Part shown: in pieces, positions 53,026 through 60,684 of the stretch
How positions within the stretch are numbered: position 1 is the first letter of the stretch
Layout: each line of letters opens with the position of its first letter
NCBI GenBank assembly: GCA_001779315.1
Contig: MFJU01000001.1
Span: forward strand, 6,258-70,257
From: Candidatus Gottesmanbacteria bacterium RIFCSPLOWO2_01_FULL_42_22
GTDB lineage: Bacteria; Patescibacteriota; Microgenomatia; 2-02-FULL-39-11
Length of the DNA stretch: 64,000 nucleotides
Direction of reading: 5' to 3'
Translations under genes and position numbers: made by a program
The notes under the pieces: model-generated
What the model was told of the DNA's origin: nothing
Database searches by the model: none
What the model saw: the letters and a program-made list of their open reading frames with translations, nothing else

Positions 53026-53643
53026 TTACCGCCAGAAGTGCTTTTCATTAGCCAATGTCGAACTTTCACCGTGTCCGGGTTTGATTTCGGTTTCTCCGGG
53101 CAAGGAATAAATAAGCTTTAATGATTTTTTTATATCTTCAGGACTGCTGTAAGAAAAATCAGTCCGTCCCACACCTCCTTGGGCAAACAAGGTGTCACCG
53201 GTGAACAGGCTTTTTTCTTGAGGTATATATAGGCAGATACTTCCGGGAGTATGTCCGGGAGTTGCTATTATCCTAATTTCATAATCATCTGCTTTTATGA
53301 TTTCCTTGTCTTTCAGAAAACCGACCGGAATCGGGGGAGGATCAGTTTTAATTCCCAGGAAATGGGCGGCAGACTGAGACATATTCTTCACCAAAAAATC
53401 ATCTTTTTTATTAATAAGAAAAGGAATATTATATGCCAGCATTAGTTCAGTCGCTGCCATAATATGGTCGAAATGTCCGTGGGTGGCAATTATCTTGAGC
53501 GGTTTAACCTTTTTTTCTGTAATTATCCTTTCAATGTAATCAGCGTCATCACCGGGGTCAATTATCAGACAGTCATTATTTTCGGCGATGATGAGGTAGC
53601 AGTTAGATTTCATCTGGCCGACAGGCAGTGTCAGAATTTTCAT
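53026..53643 (-). CDS. MBL-fold metallo-hydrolase (glyoxalase II family)
   Basis: THGHFDH, TPGHTPGS, TGDTLF, GRTD, PGHG. Confidence 0.93.
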   Translation of the reverse strand: MKILTLPVGQMKSNCYLIIAENNDCLIIDPGDDADYIERIITEKKVKPLKIIATHGHFDHIMAATELMLAYNIPFLINKKDDFLVKNMSQSAAHFLGIKTDPPPIPVGFLKDKEIIKADDYEIRIIATPGHTPGSICLYIPQEKSLFTGDTLFAQGGVGRTDFSYSSPEDIKKSLKLIYSLPGETEIKPGHGESSTLANEKHFWR

Positions 53644-53648
53644 TTTTC

Positions 53649-53677
53649 TTGACTATTAAAGTTAATTCAAATATTAT
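53649..53677 (+). promoter_or_regulatory. Promoter upstream of the FMN riboswitch
   Basis: TTGACT-N17-TATTAT. Confidence 0.6.
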
Positions 53678-53683
53678 AATAAC

Positions 53684-53835
53684 ATTCCTTCGGGGTAGGG
53701 TGAATCTCCTTCGCTGAAGCTTCGGCGATCGAGGTAATTCCCAATCGGTAGATATTCTCTACGAGTCCCGATTATATCGGGACATGAGCCGGCGAAACTC
53801 CGGCAGCGACCGTAAAGTCGGGATAAAAGAGGGAT
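53684..53835 (+). ncRNA. FMN riboswitch (RFN element) with inserted hairpins
   Basis: CTTCGGGGTAGGGTGA..AATTCCC, CCGGCGAAACTCCGG, CGACCGTAAAGTCGGGAT..AGAGG; upstream of a transporter and riboflavin kinase. Confidence 0.88.
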
Positions 53836-53848
53836 TTGAGTTTGTGTT

Positions 53849-53871
53849 ACCCCGATGGCCGGGGTTTTTTT
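53849..53871 (+). terminator. Riboswitch-controlled intrinsic terminator
   Basis: ACCCCG-ATGGC-CGGGGT-TTTTTT directly before the ATG. Confidence 0.8.
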
Positions 53872-54771
53872 ATGAAAAAAATATTGGTTAAAGGACCGCT
53901 TTTCATTATTATAGCTGCCTTGCTTTGGAGTTTTGACGCTTTACTGCGAAGAAGCCTTTATACTCTGCCGTCATCGGTGATTGTCTTTTATGAGCATCTA
54001 TTGGGCGCGATTATCCTCCTGCCCTTATTAGCAAGATATATAAAAGAAGCGAAAAAGATGAACCGCCGGGAATGGCTCTCTATACTTGTGGTCTCCCTGT
54101 TTTCCGGAGCCTTAGGCACTATTTTCTATACCAAAGCTTTGGGCATGGTCCAGTATATCCAGTTCTCGGTGGTTGTTCTTTTACAGCAGCTTCAGCCTAT
54201 CTGGGCAATTGCGGCAGCCGCCATTATCCTTAAAGAAAAAATTTCGGGCAAATTCATCAAATGGGCGATCTTAGGCATAATCGCCGCTTATTTGATCAGT
54301 TTCCGCGATCTTAAGATAAATTTTGTTTCCGGTTCCGGTCAGATTACCGCGGCTGTCTTAGCTCTCATGGCCGGTTTTGTCTGGGCGGTTTCCACCTCCT
54401 TTTCCAAAGTCGTTTTAAAAAAAGTTTCCTTTTTGACTGCTACTTTTTTAAGATTCATCCTGGCGCCTGTTTTCGCTTTCCTTTTTATTTTAGGAGAGAA
54501 GCAATTGCCGGCTCTTACAAAAATAAATCCCCAGCAGTGGCTGATGCTTTTGGCAATTACATTCTCAACCGGCATGGTGGCTCTGGTTATTTATTATTAC
54601 GGCCTGAAAAAAACACCTGCCAGGGTTAGTACTATCGCGGAATTGGTATGGCCTGCTTCAGCCATTTTTATCGATTATTTCCTCTATAAATCCATCCTCT
54701 CTCCGACACAGATTCTGGGGGTGATACTTTTATTTATCGCTATTTACCATGTCAGTAAATTTTCCAAGTAA
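53872..54771 (+). CDS. DMT/EamA transporter, probable riboflavin importer (RibN-like role)
   Basis: About 10 TM helices in two EamA repeats (LKEK motif); FMN riboswitch upstream. Confidence 0.8.
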   Translation: MKKILVKGPLFIIIAALLWSFDALLRRSLYTLPSSVIVFYEHLLGAIILLPLLARYIKEAKKMNRREWLSILVVSLFSGALGTIFYTKALGMVQYIQFSVVVLLQQLQPIWAIAAAAIILKEKISGKFIKWAILGIIAAYLISFRDLKINFVSGSGQITAAVLALMAGFVWAVSTSFSKVVLKKVSFLTATFLRFILAPVFAFLFILGEKQLPALTKINPQQWLMLLAITFSTGMVALVIYYYGLKKTPARVSTIAELVWPASAIFIDYFLYKSILSPTQILGVILLFIAIYHVSKFSK

Positions 54772-55144
54772 ATCTTTCAAAGCACAGGTCATCCACGGCC
54801 GGAAAATGGGGAAAAAATTCGGTTTTCCCACCATCAATCTCGATAACCCCAGAATATTATCCGGGTTCAATAACGGAGTTTACGCTGCTTCTGTTGCCAT
54901 TGAGGGCAAAAATTATCAGGGGCTTTTATACAAAGGACCGCGGTTGATTTTGGGGGAAACAGAAACCATTTTGGAAATCTATCTTCTTGATTTTGACAGG
55001 GACATCTACGGGCAATGTGTCTCATTTAAACTCTTGGGCTTTTTGAGGGGAGTAATCCATTTTCCCGACACGGAAGCATACAAAGAACAATTGAAAAATG
55101 ACATTAATACCGCCCAAAAAATCTTCCGAACTTCTAAAGATTAG
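54749..55144 (+). CDS. Stand-alone riboflavin kinase (RibF C-terminal domain)
   Basis: VIHGRKMG..GFPTINL, GVY, LEIYLLDF..DIYG, FLR, QL..DI. Confidence 0.88.
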   Translation: MSVNFPSKSFKAQVIHGRKMGKKFGFPTINLDNPRILSGFNNGVYAASVAIEGKNYQGLLYKGPRLILGETETILEIYLLDFDRDIYGQCVSFKLLGFLRGVIHFPDTEAYKEQLKNDINTAQKIFRTSKD

Positions 55145-55181
55145 TTTTCTTTGTTAAAATCAAGATATTATAGAAATAGTT

Positions 55182-55252
55182 GCCTCTTTAGCTTAGTGGT
55201 AAAGCAGCGGTATCGTAAACCGCCGACGTCGGTTCGATTCCGACAAGGGGCT
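55182..55252 (+). tRNA. tRNA-Thr(CGT)
   Basis: GCCTCTT/AAGGGGC, anticodon arm GCGGT-ATCGTAA-ACCGC, GTCGG-TTCGATT-CCGAC. Confidence 0.92.
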
Positions 55253-55277
55253 CAATAAGGCTGGTATAATATTGTTT

Positions 55278-55985
55278 ATGCAGTATACATCACACCGCTT
55301 GCGTTCACAGGAGAAAAAGCTCAATAAAAAGCTCGTTAGAACTGTCATTCTGATATTAGTCGGCACCATTGCCGCATTCCAGATCGGTTTGCCGGTATTG
55401 GCCAAAATTGTCGTTGGGTTGTCATTTCTGAGAAAAGATAAGGGCATTACAGAACAGTCTGCCGTCAGCCTGTTGTTTCCTCCGGCTTTAAATTCCCTAC
55501 CGGAAGCCACCAATTCAGCCATGATCATTGTCTCGGGAGTCACGGACAAAAACAGTTCTATAGTCATTTCTGTTAACGGCGAAGAAGAAAAGAGCGCATC
55601 GGATAATGAAGGACAATTTGAATTCAGGGGAGTCAGACTTCAGGAGGGTGAAAATACCATCGAAGCCTATCTGGAAAAAGAGGGAAAAAGAAGCTCCTCT
55701 GCCGGTTTGAATATTATTTATAAAAAAAAGCCGCCGGAAATTACCATCAATGAACCGGAAAACGGCCGTAAATTTTTCGGGGAGGATAAAACTGTAATTA
55801 TCAGAGGAACAACGGAAAATAATGCCCGTCTGAGTGTCAATGACCGCTTTATTATTGTCGAACCGGACGGCGATTTTGAATACAACACGTCATTAAATGA
55901 GGGCGAGAATAAATTTATTTTCAAATCTTCTGATATAGCCGGTAACAGCCATGAAGTTGAATTTAAGCTTGAGTACTCTCCTTAA
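55278..55985 (+). CDS. Membrane-anchored protein with two Ig-like domains
   Basis: TM helix, then two beta-rich repeats (PP.L/I..P...I.G.T...VN...G.F...L.EGEN). Confidence 0.7.
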   Translation: MQYTSHRLRSQEKKLNKKLVRTVILILVGTIAAFQIGLPVLAKIVVGLSFLRKDKGITEQSAVSLLFPPALNSLPEATNSAMIIVSGVTDKNSSIVISVNGEEEKSASDNEGQFEFRGVRLQEGENTIEAYLEKEGKRSSSAGLNIIYKKKPPEITINEPENGRKFFGEDKTVIIRGTTENNARLSVNDRFIIVEPDGDFEYNTSLNEGENKFIFKSSDIAGNSHEVEFKLEYSP

Positions 55986-57135
55986 ATTTTTGCTGTAACC
56001 CTGATAAAAGATAAAACCAGACCAGGAAATAAGTAAAGAACAGTGAATTTAAAAACAGGCTGTGCACCGCCGTAGCAATCATCAAGCTTTTGCCCGTTGC
56101 ATCCAACCGTAAAAACAAGGCTGTTAAAAATCCCAGATAAGCAATCAGGCCTAAGATACCGCTTGAGGCTGCCACAAACAAAAAACTGTTGTCAAAACCG
56201 GCAGCCGAATGGCTGGTCAGCCAGTCTTCACGAAGGTATTGGCTGTTGCGGAAATTGAATCTGAGAGTATTAAAACCTACTCCCAGAAACGGTTTACTTT
56301 TAATAATGGTCACGGCCGATTGCCAGTTCGACAGCCTTTCCCTGATGGAAAAAAGACGTTCCAGTTCGACACCGGCCCCTCCGGGCCTGGGCAGTAAAAA
56401 TAGGCCTGACAATAATACGATTCCGACCAAAAAATATTTAAAAAACCTGCCAGATCTGAAAGCCCAATATAAGGCTCCGGATACCAACGAGACATAAGAA
56501 CTTCTGGAATAGGTAAAAGCCAGACTAAAAAGGAGGGCTATTTTATAAATTATTTCCTGTATCTTCGAGGGATTTGACAGCCGGAACAGAAAAAGGACAA
56601 CCAGAATCAGTCCGAAGTAATTGGGATCAAGTAAAGTTGAAAATATCCGGCGGTAATGCGGATCCCAGCCCAGATAATAAAGATTTCTTAAATCCGGATA
56701 AAGGAAATACTGCAGCCAGCCGGCAATTACCAGAAAAATTCCGAAAAGGGAAACTGATTTAACTGCGAATTTTCTTTCTAAGTATTCTTTATCCAAAACA
56801 ATTAAAATTAACGGGTAAATCTGGAAATAAGCTACAAATCTCGCCAAGTACAAAAGCGAAATTATTTTATCCGTTTGGGAAAGACGGATGGGACTGAACC
56901 ACCAGCTGGCAAGAGCGACCAGGATAAAAAGGCCAAAGGCTTTAAATTCCGGCCTTTCCCGGTAAAGACTGATAAGATTTTTCCATGAAAATAACAGAAG
57001 CAGATTAAGCAGTAAAACGACGATATCCGGAGGATAAAGTTTTAGCGGTTGGGGAAAAAAATCGATTTGGAATAAAGGACCGGCTGAAACAGAGGCTAAC
57101 AGAAGCACAAGGATAATCTTATGGATTTTTTTCAT
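55963..57135 (-). CDS. O-antigen ligase/polymerase-like (Wzy_C) membrane protein
   Basis: Polytopic; STLLDPNY, TYSRSS, R..W...I..PFLGVG, DNSFL. Confidence 0.85.
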   Translation of the reverse strand: MKKIHKIILVLLLASVSAGPLFQIDFFPQPLKLYPPDIVVLLLNLLLLFSWKNLISLYRERPEFKAFGLFILVALASWWFSPIRLSQTDKIISLLYLARFVAYFQIYPLILIVLDKEYLERKFAVKSVSLFGIFLVIAGWLQYFLYPDLRNLYYLGWDPHYRRIFSTLLDPNYFGLILVVLFLFRLSNPSKIQEIIYKIALLFSLAFTYSRSSYVSLVSGALYWAFRSGRFFKYFLVGIVLLSGLFLLPRPGGAGVELERLFSIRERLSNWQSAVTIIKSKPFLGVGFNTLRFNFRNSQYLREDWLTSHSAAGFDNSFLFVAASSGILGLIAYLGFLTALFLRLDATGKSLMIATAVHSLFLNSLFFTYFLVWFYLLSGLQQKFKESTQA

Positions 57136-57901
57136 CTTTAAGGTAAGCAGTATAGAGCTTGCCCCGGGCTAAAAAAGAATGAAAACTCATCATCACGGCC
57201 ATAATCAATCCGGCCACTCCGTCAAGAAAGCCGAATTTCAGCAGATAGTTTTTAAAGAATTTACCTGCCGGATAGAGCAGGATCTGCCAAAAACCGATTC
57301 TTCTCCCCTGCTCTTTCCAAGATTGTGCGACTAGTGTCGAATATTCGTTTATTTTGACTAAAAATTCTTTGATATCTTTATGTGAGGAGTGAATAAAGGG
57401 ATTTTTCAGATACCCCGTTTTTCCGCTGATTTGCCATACTTCATGAACTTTATTGATCCATCGTCCCCTGTCATACCTGCCTAGTCTTAAAAAGAAGATA
57501 TGGCCCGTTTCACCGAACTTCAGCAGTTTCCTATAGATGATATCCTGCCTCTTTATAAAATATCCGTTCACATTTCCCGGGTTTTTAAGGATTTTGGTTA
57601 TTTCCTCCTGTAAATTACGGCTGACTTCCTCATCCGCATCGATTGACAAAACCCACTCATGACTTACCTTGCTTAAAGCAAAATTCCTTTGAGCGGCAAA
57701 ATCACCGTTTAAACTGTGCTGATGAATCTTTAGAGTTCCCGGATAATCTTTTTGAAACTGCTTAATTATGCGAATGACCGCTTCAGTGGAATTATCCAAA
57801 ACCAGAACAATTTCCGGACAAAAACTGACGGATTTTAGGCAGGCTAGAATTTTTGTCTCTTCATTTTGGGCCAGAATGACGCTAGATAGGTTTTTGATCA
57901 C
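57119..57901 (-). CDS. GT2 glycosyltransferase
   Basis: SVILAQNEE, FAAQRN, IDADE, VHE, GFLDG. Confidence 0.92.
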   Translation of the reverse strand: MIKNLSSVILAQNEETKILACLKSVSFCPEIVLVLDNSTEAVIRIIKQFQKDYPGTLKIHQHSLNGDFAAQRNFALSKVSHEWVLSIDADEEVSRNLQEEITKILKNPGNVNGYFIKRQDIIYRKLLKFGETGHIFFLRLGRYDRGRWINKVHEVWQISGKTGYLKNPFIHSSHKDIKEFLVKINEYSTLVAQSWKEQGRRIGFWQILLYPAGKFFKNYLLKFGFLDGVAGLIMAVMMSFHSFLARGKLYTAYLKDEKNP

Positions 57902-58689
57902 TTTATCCTTATTTTATCCCAAATTATCTTGCCTGCCAAAAGGCATAAATAAACCCAGGCGGAAAGCTTCCTTACCCCGAAATGTTTATTGACCAGCTGC
58001 AAATTTGCTTTAAGGTTATAATAGATGGCGCGGTTTGACCAGCGGCCGATAGCCGAACTTAATTTATGATTGATAACCGTTTGGGGTTGGACTCCAATTT
58101 TGAAACCGCTTTTTTTAGCTCTCAGGCAAAAATCAACATCCTCGAAATAGAAAAAGAAGCGCTCGTCAAATAAGCCGATTGACTGAAAAACCTTTCTTCT
58201 GATTAGCATGCAGCAACCGCTGACATAATCCGCTTCTTTTGTATACTTTTTAAAATGCTTTTTTTCTTCCAAATGGCTAGTTCTGCCGGTCCAAGGGTTT
58301 AACCTTCCGCCGTAATCAAATATTGTTTCTCCATCACTATTGAGGAATTTGACGACTGCTCCGCTGATGTCATTTTCGGATTTGCTGATCTCTCCGAAAA
58401 AGTTTTTGGGGACAGTAGTATCATTATTTAGAATCAAAAAGTATGAAATAGCTTTATCTTTGACTGCTTCTTTTAAACCCCGGTTGACTCCGGCGGCGAA
58501 ACCCAGATTTTTTTCATTTCTGACAAGTCTGATATTTTTATAATGCTGAAAGTTTTCCTTTGTACCGTTATCGGCTAAAAAAATAGTGAGTTTAATTTCT
58601 TTTTTATTCGCTTTATAAAGGGAATCCAGGCAGTCTATGGTATCCTGGTACTTGCCGAAATGGAGAATGACGACAGCTATATTTTTCAT
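57898..58689 (-). CDS. GT2 glycosyltransferase (rhamnosyltransferase-like)
   Basis: ADNG, NLGFAAGVN, LNNDT, SGCCMLI, FFYFEDVD. Confidence 0.92.
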   Translation of the reverse strand: MKNIAVVILHFGKYQDTIDCLDSLYKANKKEIKLTIFLADNGTKENFQHYKNIRLVRNEKNLGFAAGVNRGLKEAVKDKAISYFLILNNDTTVPKNFFGEISKSENDISGAVVKFLNSDGETIFDYGGRLNPWTGRTSHLEEKKHFKKYTKEADYVSGCCMLIRRKVFQSIGLFDERFFFYFEDVDFCLRAKKSGFKIGVQPQTVINHKLSSAIGRWSNRAIYYNLKANLQLVNKHFGVRKLSAWVYLCLLAGKIIWDKIRIK

Positions 58690-59846
58690 GTCTGTTTTAG
58701 AGTTTCTTTCAGTAATTTTTCCAGCCTGTCAGCGGATTTTGGCCAAGGCCAATTCTCTTTCACATAGTTTCTGCGGTAATCCCGGTCATTATCTTTGGTT
58801 TTTAAAACATCTTCTATTTTTTCAGCGAAAATACTCTCTTCCCTGGCTGAAATTTTACCCAGCCTTTTGTCAGTTAATATTTCCGGGATACCTCCTCCTC
58901 CGGTGGATAAAACCGCAAGCCCGCATGATAAAGCTTCCAAAATAACCAGACCGAACGGTTCATTTAACGGCGCGTAAAGGAAGAGCCTGGCTTGATTATA
59001 AAGCCTTATCAGATTTTCATCGCTTATATTCATCTCCAGCTTAAGCTCTACCCTTTTTTCTTTCGCTAAATTTTTTAAATAAACTGTCTCATTGCCTTCC
59101 GGACCGGCAATAACCAATGACGGCCTCTCATTTTTAGGTATTATGGCTATGCTATTGATAATGAAATCATGTCCTTTCAGAAGTGTCAAAGCTCCGACGG
59201 ATAGTACAAAATTTTCCTTTTTAATATTTAATGGTTTAAATAAATCGCTATCAACACCCGGATAATTTAACCAAACTTCCCTGCCGTAAATATTTTCCAA
59301 ATATTTCTGGCAATATTTTGAAAGAGTGACTATTTGGCCGGCATTTCGGGCATTCTCCCAATCTGTTTTCTTCAAAGGAAATCTGAAGGGAAGCGTCAGG
59401 TTATAGGTCAATTTATTGTTTTCTCTGGGAATATTTTCATAAAATTCCCGCTTTGGTTCCGGACAGGAATACAAAGAAGGGATTTTCAAATATCTCAAAA
59501 CATAAGGAGCTTGGGTCAGGTAGCAGGGATGGACAAAAGCTACATCATATTTGCCGCTGTTTATTCTTTCTGCCATTTGACTATAGGCTTTTTTAAGATC
59601 CGTATAGACAGATATGACAGAATAGGGGAATTTTTCCGGCTGATGATATGGAAATCTGTAAACATGCTGCACAAATTTTGTTAACGGTAAAAAACTTTCA
59701 TTGGTCCCGTTTAATATAAAGAGGTCCAATTGATGTTTTGCCGATAATCTTTTTACCAGCTCAAAAAGAGCCCGTTTCTGTCCTCCGGCAGGCAGATTAT
59801 GGACAACTGCAATTCTCATCTTAGCCTTCACACTTCCACTTCTCAT
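58686..59846 (-). CDS. GT4 glycosyltransferase
   Basis: PGVD, KGHD, EPFGLVILEALSCG. Confidence 0.92.
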   Translation of the reverse strand: MRSGSVKAKMRIAVVHNLPAGGQKRALFELVKRLSAKHQLDLFILNGTNESFLPLTKFVQHVYRFPYHQPEKFPYSVISVYTDLKKAYSQMAERINSGKYDVAFVHPCYLTQAPYVLRYLKIPSLYSCPEPKREFYENIPRENNKLTYNLTLPFRFPLKKTDWENARNAGQIVTLSKYCQKYLENIYGREVWLNYPGVDSDLFKPLNIKKENFVLSVGALTLLKGHDFIINSIAIIPKNERPSLVIAGPEGNETVYLKNLAKEKRVELKLEMNISDENLIRLYNQARLFLYAPLNEPFGLVILEALSCGLAVLSTGGGGIPEILTDKRLGKISAREESIFAEKIEDVLKTKDNDRDYRRNYVKENWPWPKSADRLEKLLKETLKQT

Positions 59847-60652
59847 TACACCTCGGGAGTGTCATATCTAAATAATCGGGTAAAAAATGCATACATTTGA
59901 ATATTGCCCTGATACAGGCCGAAGATGACGGCTGCCCGGAAACCGTTATATCCGTCCAGAAACCCACGTTTACGATAATAACAGCGAAAAAAATGCCTGG
60001 CAGTTTCCAGAAAGATCCCGCTAAAAAATGACGCTGCCGCTGTTTTTGATTTCGCCAAATCGCTTCCTTCGATTTTAATGTAATTTATTAAACGGAAAAA
60101 AGACAACCAGGAGTTGTACTTGCTTCGTTCAGGACTATGAAGTATCTCCACATCTTTTATATATCGGGTTTTCTTTTCGGGTATCTGGATTTGGGCATGG
60201 ATAATCCCGGAATATTTATAACCTTTGTGGTTACGGAATAGTCTCAACTGCCAATCAGGGTAAAAGTAGCCATGTTTCAAATAGGTCTTATCATTTATAT
60301 AATTCCTCCTCGGAAACCAATACCCGTCGATATCCTTTTTCTTAACCAACTCCCGTATCACTTCTTGAGCCCCCTCCGTCAACTCCTCATCCGCATCTAA
60401 TGTTAGTATCCATTCATTATTACTTTTTGAAATTGCATAATTTTTTTGAACAGAGAAATTAATAAATTTTTGGGAATATATTTGTTTTGTATATTGTGAT
60501 AATTCATTAACTGTATTGTCTCTACTATATGAATCAACAATGATTAAATTATCACCGTATTTTTTCCTAACTAATTTATTTATATTTTTTTCTTCATCTT
60601 GAACTATTACTACTAAATCTATTTTAAAATCTCTGTTAATAGCTATTGACAT
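59846..60652 (-). CDS. GT2 glycosyltransferase
   Basis: VDSYSRDNT, LDADE, YPDWQLRLF, GFLDG. Confidence 0.92.
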   Translation of the reverse strand: MSIAINRDFKIDLVVIVQDEEKNINKLVRKKYGDNLIIVDSYSRDNTVNELSQYTKQIYSQKFINFSVQKNYAISKSNNEWILTLDADEELTEGAQEVIRELVKKKDIDGYWFPRRNYINDKTYLKHGYFYPDWQLRLFRNHKGYKYSGIIHAQIQIPEKKTRYIKDVEILHSPERSKYNSWLSFFRLINYIKIEGSDLAKSKTAAASFFSGIFLETARHFFRCYYRKRGFLDGYNGFRAAVIFGLYQGNIQMYAFFTRLFRYDTPEV

Positions 60653-60684
60653 AACTGTAAATTATATTTAACTTATAAATATAA

